Origin: Eledone cirrhosa
Taxonomy: Eukaryota
Direction: 5' to 3'
Length of the DNA: 64,000 bases
Assembly: GCA_964016885.1 (NCBI GenBank)
Contig: OZ024753.1
Coordinates: 37,324,001 to 37,388,000 of the forward strand
The position numbers were made by a program, and so were the translations under genes. Numbering within the stretch: the stretch's first letter is position 1; each line of letters starts with the position of its first letter. Positions 14,406-27,477 of this stretch are shown piece by piece. The notes beneath the pieces are model-generated. The model was not told the DNA's origin, searched no databases, and worked only from the letters and a program-made list of their open reading frames with translations.

Positions 14406-14747
14406 AATAAACGAAGCTAAATTTTAAACATTTAACTTTTTATTTTACTTTATTTTACACTACTCCGGAGTAACCAAACCAACCTGCGCACTTCGTCGAG
14501 TGCTCCAGCCTGCATACTGAGGTATTGGTATACAACCAACATAAACTCAAAATCTATATATATATATATATATATGAATATATGTCTATGCATATAATTT
14601 TCCCTGCTCTCTTTGACAACATCTCACTCCAAGGAAATGACTCAATGACTCAATGCGAACTAAGTCCGGTGTTAGAGTCATCTTATGTCTTTCTGGGGTG
14701 AATATGTTTGCTAGACTTACTACTACTACTACTAACACCACCATTAT

Positions 14748-14786
<39 letters not shown>

Positions 14787-15204
14787 CAACACCACCACTA
14801 CTACTACTACTACTACTACCAACACTACCACTACTACTACTACTACTACCACCAACACCACCATTATTACTACTACTACTACTACCAACACCACCACTAT
14901 TACTACTACCATCACTACTACCACTACTATTACTACTACTACCACTACACTAAAAGGCTGTACTAAATTAAGGGTCTACAAGCCCAATTAGCCTTTGTGT
15001 GTGACAAGATACATAAAAGTGGAGCGATACAGAGACGTAAGGGTCAAAGTTAAATAAGATAGTGGTTGAATCATTAAATACACACACACACATATACATA
15101 CACATATATACATACATACACCGATACATACACACCGACACAGACAGACATATATACACATATATACATCTCAAACATGTATACATATATATATATATAT
15201 ATAA

Positions 15205-15248
<44 letters not shown>

Positions 15249-15568
15249 ATATATATATGTATGTATTATGTATGTGTGTGTATATATATATATATATGTA
15301 TGTCACACACACACACACACACACACACGTACACGCTTCCACACAAATAAGGGGTTGTTTATTTCTGGTGCAAATTTACATATTAGTTTCTTTTTAACGT
15401 TCTATTTTAGGTTCAAAGGAAAAAAGACAATAATAATAATAATAATAATAATAATAAGGAAATGGAACGTGTCATGTCTTTGAAGTGTAGAAGTAGTAGA
15501 AGTAGTAGTAGTAGAAGTAGTAGTAGTAGTCGTAGTAGTAGTAGTAATAGTAGTAGTAGTAGTAGTAA

Positions 15569-15603
<35 letters not shown>

Positions 15604-15939
15604 ATGGTGGCGGTGGTGGTTTGGGTAGTAGTATTAGTAGAAGAAGAGGATGATGATGATGATGATGAGCATAGACCTTCAATAAAATGAAAAAGAAGAA
15701 GAAGAAGAAGAAGAAGGAGAAGAAGAAGAAGACTAAAGCTAGACACTAATAGTTTCCTTCCGAATTTAATATTAGTCTTTACTAATCAACACTAACAGGA
15801 AAATAAAACACTTGAGAAGCTTGTTTTGGCCATTTGGTTAGTGATGACTAAGCCTTAACTCTTACTTAGCACTAACCCTTAAATCTAACCTTAACCTAAA
15901 CTTCTTAGCTCAATGTCATATAAGATAGCTTATTTAGAA

Positions 15940-15951
15940 GCGGCCATTTTG
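15940..15951 (-). promoter_or_regulatory. YY1-like motif in a small CpG-containing unique island
   Basis: Minus strand CAAAATGGCCGC; neighbouring 15960-16120 is richer in CpG than its surroundings. Confidence 0.3.
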
Positions 15952-16124
15952 TTGATATAGCTATTTCAACGCGAGTCGCCTTCGCATTCCTCCGAAGTAA
16001 TAACTTCTCTGTTCTGTCTGCTGGGTACACGAGGCGAGGTCTGAAGGAATGTATTCACCTACATTGGCCTGGCGTGGTATAGACATATGGTAGAGCGACT
16101 GTTCGTGTCATATCCTTTTGAATT

Positions 16125-16300
16125 GATGGTATCGGTAGAGGGTCGGACGCCATGCTTTCCAGCATAGTTGCGTCCCTTTACGATCTGAGTTCAAATCCCA
16201 CCGAGGTTGACTTTGCCTTTCATCCTTACGCGGTCGATAAAATAAAGTACCAGTAATGCACTGGGTAATTGCTGGCCTTGTGCCTAAAGTAGAAACAATT
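16125..16300 (+). mobile_element. tRNA-derived SINE
   Basis: gtatcggtagagggtcggac...gagttcaaatccc (B box)...gcctttcatccttacgcggtcgataaaataaagtaccag...agaaacaatt. Confidence 0.85.
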
Positions 16301-16318
16301 ATATATATATATATTGTG

Positions 16319-16392
<74 letters not shown>

Positions 16393-16393
16393 T

Positions 16394-16469
<76 letters not shown>

Positions 16470-16550
16470 GGTAAACAGAAATAACAACACGATCGGTACA
16501 GTATATGGAAGGGATATATTAGGTTAACGCTTGATATAGCAGGAATAGGG

Positions 16551-16586
16551 TCTTAACGTTTCGGAGGCTAGTCCTTCATCAGAAGA
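16551..16586 (-). ncRNA. Minimal type I hammerhead ribozyme (family H)
   Basis: Minus: tctt CTGATGA a gga-ctagcc-tcc GAAA cg TT aaga. Confidence 0.7.
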
Positions 16587-16700
16587 AAGAATGAGAAATA
16601 AGATAGATTAAGGGGAAGGGCGGGTTGGAATTGGAAAACATGTCTTTAGATAAAGGTAACAGGCAGGTCCATCCGTATATATGTATGTATATATATATAT

Positions 16701-16847
16701 AACGAAGGAAATGTGGTAAGGAAAAGGAACCAGGTGGACCATAACGCACCAAAGTACTCAATACTTAGGGTAGTAGAGTGGGTAATAGGAACGAGTAGGA
16801 CCCCGACGGCTGAGCTCAAGCCGTTTCGACGGCTAATTCTGGACTAA
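16701..16847 (-). mobile_element. PLE-like terminal fragment (family A) carrying the 3' half of a hammerhead
   Basis: Minus: ...agccgtc GAAA cggct-tgagctc-agccg TC ggggtc; copies at ~3410, 26157-26430, 49545-49735, 60501-60660, all bounded by (TA)n. Confidence 0.65.
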
Positions 16848-16879
16848 TATATATATATATTATATATTTATTTATATAC

Positions 16880-16920
<41 letters not shown>

Positions 16921-17565
16921 ACATATATACAAGCAACAACAACCACTACCATCACCACTACCATCCCCACGTTCAACACTAACATCCCCACCTTCAACAC
17001 CACCACCTCCAGCACTACCACCTCCAATACCACCACTACCACCACTACCACCATCACCATCACCACAGCAAACACATCGTTATATATCACTCTCCACCAA
17101 GATGAAATCGTACAATATTATGATTCACTCTGGTAAAACGTTGTTAGCCTTCATGACACATGACCTTTTACGTACAGCTGAAATATTTTACTGTTTAAAC
17201 AATCATGTGATGTGTCAACTACTGATTTTTGTCGTAGTTCAATTTTTTTTCTCTAAATTATTGCTCAGATTTACACATAGACCGACCCAACACAGACGTA
17301 TGTGTATATATGTTTTTATATTTGTATATATATATATATATATACATTTTTTTTTATATATATATATATATATATTGTTATATTTGGGGAGGGTCATATT
17401 GTTATAATATTGCCAGAAATAATAATAGAACACACTCACTCTACTATTATTATTTCTGGCAATATAACAATATGACCCTCCCCAAATATAACAATATTTG
17501 TTTCAACACACGATTACATATCAAAAACTTTTCAAACATATATATATATATATATATATTATATG

Positions 17566-17601
<36 letters not shown>

Positions 17602-17610
<9 letters not shown>

Positions 17611-17998
17611 TAAACAAATAATGAATAAACAATGAAACAGTTCCTTATATTAAACAAAAAAAGTTCATTATTTAACGATCGTTTCTAGGATATATATGTG
17701 TTAGAATTGGCATGCATATTCAACAGATCTATGTACAAAATTATACAAAATTATACAAACTATCAAGATTAAATATACATACCAACACATATATACGCCG
17801 TCTATATATATGTGTTGGTATGTATATTTAATCTTGATAGTTTGTATAATTTTGTATAATTTTGTACATAGATCTGTTGAATATGCATGCCAATTCTAAC
17901 ACATATATATCCTAGAAACGATCGTTAAATAATGAACTTTTTTTGTTTAATATAAGGAACTGTTTCATTGTTTATTCATTATTTGTTTAATATTTTAT
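17602..17998. mobile_element. Fold-back of family F fragment, ~195-bp near-perfect inverted arms
   Basis: Arms are reverse complements around cgccgtcta; homologous to 5190-5380. Confidence 0.85.
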
Positions 17999-18129
17999 CT
18001 TGACTCTGTATACCGTTTATCTTTCACCGAAAGTGATTTTTCATTACATCTCTTCTTTCCATGATATCCGGAATACATTGAGTTCTTCATACGGATTGGA
18101 TACTACCGTAAACTCTTGGTAGATTTATC

Positions 18130-18171
<42 letters not shown>

Positions 18172-18303
18172 TGACTTCACTGATGGTTGTTCTTTAATAA
18201 TTCAATTTTTTACAATAACGACTTCTTGTAAAGATTTGAATTATGAGAGAACATCTAGATGAAGTGATGTTAATTATGTGTTACTGCTTCTATCTAGTAG
18301 GCT

Positions 18304-18552
18304 CAGGGCTGGATTTAACCTTGGGGGAACCCGGAGCAATTCAGGTTTGGGGAGGACCCTCATACACAATAAATTAGAATACACAGCAGACCCCTATATT
18401 CTACATGTCAAAGTTAGCTTGGCGCAAGTAATTCGATACAAATAAGTATTAAATTCGAAAATTCTAACCATTCTAAAACTACAAAGACCAGCTGAGGGCC
18501 ACAAATTAATTGCTATGGTCGTCCCATTTGCCCCTCATTAAGTCCAGCCCTG
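18304..18552. mobile_element. hAT-type MITE, 249 bp
   Basis: TIRs cagggctggatttaa / ttaagtccagccctg; 8-bp flanks agtaggct / agtaaact (6 of 8 match, degenerate TSD). Confidence 0.75.
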
Positions 18553-18866
18553 AGTAAACTAATCCAAGCTGATAAACGTAGATATTATCACCTGACTTTG
18601 AATTTTCTAAAGGAGATTTTTACATCATTAATCACTTTTCTTTTCATTTCTGACTAGTTTATGTTGTTTGTATGTTTATTTTAGTATTGTACTGAATTTG
18701 TCCCTAAATGTTTACTTTCTTTTGTAAAGAATTCTCTAGGGTATAGATATGTTGTCGTCTAATGTTTTCCAATCTAGGTTAGTTTCATGTTGTTTGTTGT
18801 ACTGCATTGCTATTGCTTATTGTTGCATGATCATTGCATCAGCTTACACTTACACATGTATTTATG

Positions 18867-18936
<70 letters not shown>

Positions 18937-18967
18937 AAGAATCAAAGAACTGCTCAAAACATTATTG

Positions 18968-19014
18968 TGCTTACAGCTGTTTCCTCCAAACCGAGGTATG
19001 GATTCTTCGGAGCA
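18968..19014 (-). ncRNA. Type I hammerhead ribozyme, C4 variant
   Basis: Minus: tgct CCGAAGA a-tcca...tgga-g GAAA cagctg TA agca. Confidence 0.6.
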
Positions 19015-19180
19015 ATTTATTAATGCATGGACAGTTATATGACCTCCTTTTCAGCCGAGAGACATACCAAATACATATTCAAACATTGATACATATTCAA
19101 ACAACCTATTTAGGGTGTGTGTAAAATACTTACAACTGCTTAAGGTTTTGTATTTGCATAACCATAAATAGTATAACTAA

Positions 19181-19302
<122 letters not shown>

Positions 19303-19368
19303 ATGCATCTATATACATATATATATATATATGTGTGTGTGTGTGTATGTATGTATATGCACCTATAT

Positions 19369-19418
<50 letters not shown>

Positions 19419-19420
<2 letters not shown>

Positions 19421-19537
19421 AGGCGCGTGGCTGAGTGGTTAGAGAATTAGATTCGCAATCGTGAGGTTGTGAGTTCGATTCCCGGACCAAGCGATGCGTT
19501 ATGTCCTTGGGCAAGACACTTTATTTCACGTTGCTCC
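19419..19537 (+). mobile_element. tRNA-head CORE-type SINE, 3'-truncated
   Basis: ggaggcgcgtggctgagtgg (A box)...gagttcgattccc (B box)...tgtccttgggcaagacacttt (CORE-like). Confidence 0.85.
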
Positions 19538-19699
19538 TTCTACCTGGAGTTGCGACCGATAGATAGTATTAGCAATTGGAAAGACCAATGGAAACACTGT
19601 TTCCTCGGTCCGATTTGACAAAAAGTCGATCGCCTGTCGATATATATATATATATAAATATAAACTCCATTGTACTATCGAAGAAGAATCCATAATCAA

Positions 19700-20800
19700 A
19701 AAGAACTCAAATGTTAAATAGAGATTAGTTTTTATCCACTTCGACGTTTCCTTACAAAGCTGTCCATTATGTTTCAACTACAGACTAACGTAATGTCTTC
19801 TTAGTAACATTATTCTATACATTACATTATTGCGCTCGTCCGTTCGTCTAATCTCGTTCTTCTCAGATGCTCCGTTGTATTTTAAAACCTATGAATTAAA
19901 ATACATACAAAGACTGTGTCTAGAATACCAATTCATGAATAGACAGAAGTTTCACGGTGTAATTCACTGACCCAAATCAAATGTTTACACTAATGCAATT
20001 AATCTGAATACTCACACACAATTCAATCGTTTTTTTTTATATTTATTTATATATATTGTCTCTTTTATTTCTTTGATTTCCTTTTGATTTTTTTTCAAAC
20101 CCTATAGGATGCTTAAGATATAGAAGTTCTTGTATAAACAGAGCTAATGGGTTGTTTACAGCTTTCGGGAGCTTTCGTTCTAACTTATTTCTTTTATTTT
20201 TATCTTATTATTTTTATTTTATTTTTATCTTATTATTATTATTTTATTATTTCAAGGTGCCTTGCATCGCCGGCACTAACAACGGAATCAATTATAATGA
20301 AAAAGAAATTTAACACAATTTCAGCTTTGATATTACAAAGCAGAGCAGAAGGAAGATTTGACCTACTTAGTGAAACAAATGACACACATTGACAGTTTTC
20401 GAAGCTGTTTTCTATATCATATGTTCCAGTCTTAAATTCCTCAGCATGTATTTTGTTATAAACCAGAACCGGCGCCTGGATTTTGAGCGCTCTCATCTAG
20501 CTTAACAATGATCTCCACTTTCTCCCAGTTATTCACACTATTATAAATAATTTACAGTTTTGCAAGTGTACAACATATTTTTCGACATTTTTAACTCTGA
20601 CAGCTCTAGAAAAATTAACAAGCTTGCATTTTCTACTACATAGTGAACATTCACACACGCCAAACTTTGTGACAGGTCTTAATACCATATGACTCTCTAT
20701 GACTTGGAATAATTCCACAACGCTGCTTCGCGGCAAATGTGTTCGGCGATTCATATATTGGTCGTAAAATATAACTATTACATATTTAATTAAATAATAC
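19700..20800 (-). pseudogene. Probable highly degenerate Penelope-like GIY-YIG region plus 3' flank
   Basis: Minus frame with stops: CECSLCSRKC...KYVVHLQNCKLFIIV*ITGRKWRSLLS*MRALKIQAPV resembles the Y..C..C...IG.TGR..R layout; hammerhead 3' half GAAA cg TC near 19740. Confidence 0.35.
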
Positions 20801-20905
20801 AAATATTAAAATAAAACTACGATACTTTAATGCGCCTCTCAAATATCTGCACACCAGGCGACTTAATGGTACCACCCTGGGTGGTTGTAACAACAATTGA
20901 TATAC

Positions 20906-20936
<31 letters not shown>

Positions 20937-21440
20937 GATATATAGATATATATATATATATAGGTTTATGAGATATCTAGTTCAGAGTTAGAGGAGCCTA
21001 TAACGAGGACTATTTCAGCATAGTGTTCGTTGACTCAAAAATATGTTTACTTCAGGAGGTCGATCGTAGGGTTGTCCTTGGAGAGTTGAAACATATGTAA
21101 ATGCTAGAAATAAATCCTACTGTATCGTTTGTCTGTGTTGATATCTTTTTATCTATTTGTATGTATATATATATTCAATGTGGTCTACCTTTTGCGGTAG
21201 GGTCTATACCGTAATTAGAACTCAATGTAATCCGTCAGAATGTAGTTCAGTGAGATCTTGTGATTGGTTCCATTACATATTAGGTACGAACATAGTAGGT
21301 TTATTTCGGTGAGTCAATCTTTTAGATACAGAGTCTGACATATTGCATATTAGTTTTTTTTAACAATGATAACAAAGGCAAGTTATTTTGAGACATGTAA
21401 AATAACTTGCCTTTCTTATCATTGTTAAAAAACTAATATG

Positions 21441-21520
<80 letters not shown>

Positions 21521-21559
21521 ATATTAAATAAATGGAAACTATATTTATAAAACCATATT

Positions 21560-21620
21560 TATTCTATTATATATATTTCAAAGGTACCAAAACTTTGGCA
21601 CGCTATCATCAGATAAAATA
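21560..21620 (-). ncRNA. Type I hammerhead ribozyme (family C variant)
   Basis: Minus: tattttat CTGATGA tagc-gtgccaaa-gt-tttggtac-cttt GAAA tatata TA atagaata. Confidence 0.8.
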
Positions 21621-21723
21621 CAAAGTTTATTTTATAAATTTTGACATAACCAAGGAAAGATACCTTAACGGTTCAAGTTTTTCCTGGATAGTTGAATTAC
21701 CAACAAATTGAATATCCCTTTTG

Positions 21724-21792
<69 letters not shown>

Positions 21793-22209
21793 CAAATAAA
21801 GAAACCAACTGTAACCCTCTGCCTTACTAACCACTAGACATGTGTTAATATATGAAGACATTACATCGTGATTGTTAAAGTTAAAGTATTATGTAGGTGT
21901 AATGTTAGAACATCGAGCTAAATGTGATATTTTCCGGAGGGAATGTTTGTCTTTCATCTTTATTGAACTCTACACCTACCCTATACATAGATACCAGTCT
22001 ACGGAGAAAGATGTTACTAAATACGCTTTTACGTATTTACAAATGTCAAGGTGTTTGTTTACCGAAACATTTACGCAGCTTCTGGTAAATCTTATACTGT
22101 TTCTCTATAGATTTGTATTTATAACACACACACTCATATCACATACACACACATGCACATTCCTACAAACATTCCTACACAAACTCCCTCACACACACAC
22201 ATATATATA

Positions 22210-22297
<88 letters not shown>

Positions 22298-22336
22298 TAA
22301 AATAACAGATTAAAGTTTAAGCAAAGAATCGCGTTT

Positions 22337-22412
22337 ACAGATTGACTTTGTTAGTTTCAGAAGATCCCGTTAAGGGTGAAAGCAGCGATTCTTTGCTTAA
22401 ACTTTAATCTGT
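22337..22412 (+). ncRNA. Hammerhead-like fold with CAGAAGA (A4) core (family B)
   Basis: acagattga..agttt CAGAAGA t-ccc-gttaa-ggg-t GAAA gca-gcgattctt-tgc TT aaact-ttaatctgt; same core at 63926-63974 (-). Confidence 0.65.
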
Positions 22413-22521
22413 TATTTTAATAAATATTTGCTCTTCGGTTCTTATATATTTGATATATATTTTCCTTATCGAGCCCTCTCTGGATTTTAGTCTTCAATTT
22501 TATTATTATTACTATTATTAT

Positions 22522-22605
<84 letters not shown>

Positions 22606-22661
22606 ATCTACCTATATATATATATATAAACATCTACCTATATATATATATATAAACATTA

Positions 22662-22708
<47 letters not shown>

Positions 22709-23045
22709 ATCTACCTATATATAAACATCTACATATATATATATATATATAAACATCTACATATATATATAAACATGTACATATTTATATATAAACATGT
22801 ACATATATATATAAAAACATGTACATATATATATAAACATGTACATATATATATAAACATGTACATATATATATATACAGTGACGGACTGGGTTTTAAAA
22901 TATTGGTTGCCATGAGATGAAGTGGGGGCCACCTACATATAGAATATCATTTAATTTTTATAATGAATAAATAAGATTTTCGAAAAATAGAGAACAGTGC
23001 AATAAAAAAAAATTATGAATTTTGTAAAAACCAGAGACTTTCAAT

Positions 23046-23514
23046 AATGACCAGAAGTCAACCCTAAATATTACTAATAGATCTATGAAAGCCATGAACG
23101 CCACCACATCTTTTTAGTTTTGATTTTCAAAGTAGGTTTATAATTATCAATTTTCTCTATTCTTCTATAGCTGTCTCGATGGCCTAGTTGGAGGAATCAT
23201 AAACAGTGGTGATCTTGGTTTGAAGTTCGATCCTGGTCGAGAGTAGGTTCCCTGTAAGCCTTTTCAGTTTTTTTTTCTATTGGTTGTAAAATAAAAACTG
23301 AAAATGGTTACATGTACCTCTCGACCAGGATTGAACCCAACGCCAGGATCTCCACCACCTCTAGTACCTACCGTTAGGCCACAGAGACAACTACGAAAAA
23401 TCTTATGAAAATTCATACTTATAAACCTACTTTCAAAATTTTTAAAACAAAGTGGTGTCGTTCACGCCTTTCTTAATGTTATTGCTCCTACTTAAGGTCG
23501 ACTTCTAAATCATT
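23046..23514. repeat. ~470-bp imperfect palindrome with two convergent tRNA-like heads
   Basis: agaagtcaacc/ggtcgacttct, aaagtaggtttataa/ttataaacctacttt, gatcctggtcgagag/ctctcgaccaggatt, ttttcagttttt/aaaaactgaaaa. Confidence 0.75.
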
Positions 23515-23607
23515 TGGGTGTTCCATAAAGAACATCCTCGTTTTGTTTCTCATCTATGTAGACTATATTTTAACCTGTAATCCATGTTCCACCTCATTTC
23601 TGCCCCT

Positions 23608-23684
<77 letters not shown>

Positions 23685-23830
23685 AAAGTTCTATTTAAAT
23701 TGTTGGGATACAAGTAAATATTTTTATAACTGATATAAAGCCCTCGACAAGTATCCTAATGTCCTCCAAAAGTAATGGTCGCATCTTGAAAGGGTACGTC
23801 AATGCTTATTTGTAAAACTGATATATATTG

Positions 23831-23895
23831 TATTTTGTCTGATGAAGGCATACCATAATTTAACTTGGTATCCTTGAAATATGTATAATGAAATA
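23831..23895 (+). ncRNA. Type I hammerhead ribozyme (family C variant)
   Basis: tattttgt CTGATGA aggc-atacca-taatttaact-tggtat-cctt GAAA tatgta TA atgaaata. Confidence 0.8.
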
Positions 23896-23934
23896 AATAT
23901 GGTTTTATAAATATAGTTTCCATTTATTAATATC

Positions 23935-23986
<52 letters not shown>

Positions 23987-24198
23987 CTCTCTCTGTGATA
24001 TTTGAATCTACTATGATTTCAGGTATTTTTTGAAAGCAACGTATTGGCCGCTAAAATACTACAGTGGACCATGCAATACTACTGTGGGCTTTTTCAAGGC
24101 TACCATGGAGCCCCTGGGGCCCAATTGCCATTGAGCAACCTGGCAACCTGGCCAGTCCGCCACTGAATGTATATATATATATATATATATAAACATAT

Positions 24199-24232
<34 letters not shown>

Positions 24233-24926
24233 CCAAAGAGGCTCGAGATATATATATATATATATATAAAGAGGGCTCGATAAGGATAAATATATATCAA
24301 ATATATAAGAACCCTTGTTATTAAAATAACAGATTAACGTTTAATATATATATATGAGATTTACTAAAGTTATTATTTTATTACTAAAATGGTAAATTAA
24401 CATATGGCTCTTAAATAAAATTATCGAAAAAGATTTTAATTTAATTGAAACAGTTACACTTTAAAATGCATTGATTTATTTGATACAGTCACTGGTTTGG
24501 GTGAGGTTTTTGTGAAACGGGTTAAATAAACAATATACTCTACTAAATATTAGTCTTTTTATGGAAATGCTGCGATCTATAGCTTTAAATGTGTTCTGCA
24601 AATCCTGATGCTGAAAATTAGTATCAATAAAAATGTTATTGGTTATCTCATAAAACATGAAAATTCCTAGCGTTCTTCGTAGCGACTTGATATTTCCAGT
24701 AGACAAACTGGACTGAATATTGTCAAACATTATTTAGCGTCACACTTACATCTATCTTTGTCTATGACTGTAATAAACGTTCAAAATATGATGAATAGTG
24801 TACTTAAATATACTTGAAGGTGTATTTAACAAGGAAATTGATCTGACGGCTACAGAAACGAAAGGAAGAAACGTACATATATATATGTCTGTAAATATAT
24901 ATATATATATATGTGTGTGTGTGTCT

Positions 24927-24968
<42 letters not shown>

Positions 24969-24992
24969 CTGTAAATATATAAATATATATTT

Positions 24993-25074
<82 letters not shown>

Positions 25075-25733
25075 GGAGAGAGAGGGAGAGAGAGAGAGAG
25101 AGAACAGAGTAGAGAGCAGTCTAGTGTCTAGACGTCTGCTATAAAGAAGATTAGGAGATGTCATAACTTCACACTTGCATTGTGTCTATTATTGGTTGAA
25201 ATATCCCAAGGGAAATAACCATGGGGTCACATGAGTAGTGAACCGAACTAAAATATAAATATATATATATATACTTATGTAAATAAATGCATTGTTGAAA
25301 ATATATAAAGAAAATATGGCGTTAAAATAAACTAAATAATTGGGAATCGCCACGGGAAGAGGATAAGGGGCCATCATAATTTATTGTGATATTTTAGCGT
25401 GAAATTACCAAGAAGAAGAAGAATTTTTTGTAAGGATTATCTAGCAATTGGTTGCTAGGTGAAGCATTAATTGGCCTCAGATCAGTCCCTGATCTCAGAA
25501 GCTCAATATATCCCACAGAATTCTGGAAGTGTTAGTGATGGTAGAAATATGGTCACTGCCTATGAAATCGGTTAATATATATGTATATATATGTATATGT
25601 ATATATATATATGTGTATATGTATATATATATGTGTATATATGTGTATATATATACATATATGTATATGTATATATATGTATATATATATATATATGTAT
25701 ATATATGTATATATATATGTATATATATGTATA

Positions 25734-25804
<71 letters not shown>

Positions 25805-25927
25805 GTGAGGTTTTTTTACAAAATGAAAAAAAAACGAGGTGTCCTACACGAGTGAAAGTATAAGGAAAAAAGATGGAATCGAAAATGCAACTGGAGTCTT
25901 TTTTTACAAAAATATATATTTATTTGG

Positions 25928-25972
25928 TTCCTTTACCGGTTTCGCAGTTCTTCTGCTTTTCAAAAGTAGAAT
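25928..25972 (-). ncRNA. Type I hammerhead ribozyme, U3-A8 variant (family G), in a fold-back at 25868-26100
   Basis: Minus: ttc-ta-ctt TTGAAAA gcagaagaactgc GAAA ccgg TA aag-gaa. Confidence 0.7.
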
Positions 25973-26117
25973 TAAGATGGAGGGTTTATGGTTTTTCTCA
26001 CATCAAAGCAGAAGAACTGCTAAACCGGTAAAGTAACCAAATAAATATATATTTTTATTAAAAAAAAAGACTCCAGTTGCATTTTCGATTCCATCTTTTT
26101 TCGATTCCATCTTTTTT

Positions 26118-26157
<40 letters not shown>

Positions 26158-26427
26158 CGAAGGAAATGTGGTAAGGAACCAGATAGACCATAACGCACCA
26201 AAGTACTCAATACTTAGGGTAGTAGAGTGGGTAATAGGAACAAGTATGACCCCGACGGCAGAGCTCAAGCCGTTTCGACGGCTAATTCTGGACTAAATAA
26301 GAATTTTTACCATGGTATTTTTAGTCTTTTTTTCTTTTTTTTTTTTCTTACCAGGCTAAACATTCTTATTTAGTCCAGAATTAGTCGTCGAAACGGCTTG
26401 AGCTCTGCCGTCGGGGTCATACTTGTT

Positions 26428-26506
<79 letters not shown>

Positions 26507-26627
26507 TGAGTGTGTTCTGTTATTAATTCTGGCAATATTACACAAATATGACCCTCCCCAAGTATAACAATATTTGTTTCGACACACGATTTCATATAAA
26601 AAACCTCGCAAAACTAATTCATCGCCG

Positions 26628-26677
<50 letters not shown>

Positions 26678-27477
26678 TACTCCCTCAGTATATATATATA
26701 CTGAGGGTGAGCCAAAAGTGAGCACCGAGAAACACTCCATACCACAGTATCTTACATATTACTTGTTGCATAAGATAGTCAACAAGTTATGTGTTGTTGT
26801 TGTTATTGTTATTGTCATTGTTGTTGTTGTCGTCGTCGTTGTCGTTGTTGTTGTTGTTATTGTTAATCTATTTCACATGATTGCCTTGGTTTCTCTTCAT
26901 TTTCCCAACTTTATCATTTTCTTCTTCCTTGCATATCAATCGCCCATCTATGTATCCAAGTGTCTCTCTCTGTCGTTCTCTCTGTCTGTCTCTCTGTCGT
27001 TCTGTCTGTCTGTCTGTCTTTCTGTTCTCATGTCTGTCAGTCTGTCTGACAGTGTATCCGTCTATCTGTCTGCATGGCTATCTGTTCTTATGTCTCTCAA
27101 TCTGTCTGTCTGTCTGTCAATGTCTCTATGTATATGTGTCCGCCTGCTTGTCTGTCTGCATGCCGGCCTGTTGACCTGTCTGTCTGTCTCTTTGTCTGCT
27201 TCTATGTCTCTATGTCCATATGTCTGTCTGTCTGTCTGTCTGACTCTGTGTCTGATTGTCTCATTATCTGTCTATCCGTCTGTCTCTATGCCTGTCTGTC
27301 TGTCACTTTGTTTGACTGTCTATGTCTGTTGTCACATTGTCAGTCTATTTATCTGTCTCTAAGTCTAACTGTCTCTCTCTGTCTGTCTGTCTGTCTGTCT
27401 ATCTCTAAGTCTGTCTATTTCTGTTTCTCTGTCTGTCTTTGTCTGTCTCTGCCTATCTCTATGTCTGTCTGTCTGTC

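Larger units (their letters stand above)
22878..24165. mobile_element. Non-autonomous hAT-like DNA transposon with nested insertions
   Basis: TIRs cagtgacggactgg (22878) / ccagtccgccactg (24152-24165); 8-bp flanks tatatata / aatgtata. Confidence 0.6.

Noticed and set aside
17485-17540. Third possible U3-A8 hammerhead (minus TTGAAAA...GAAA caaatattg TT)
   Set aside because: Stem II barely pairs and the homologous copy near 26570-26630 does not show the same core
19419-19490. tRNA gene
   Set aside because: A and B boxes continue into a SINE CORE-like domain; acceptor stem does not close
21025-21107. gtgtt CGTTGA ctc...gagtt GAAA catatg TA aatgc
   Set aside because: Core is two changes from consensus; probably a decayed hammerhead but not supportable alone
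24476-24730. 84-aa minus ORF faintly like a PLE RT-endonuclease linker
   Set aside because: No diagnostic motif retained
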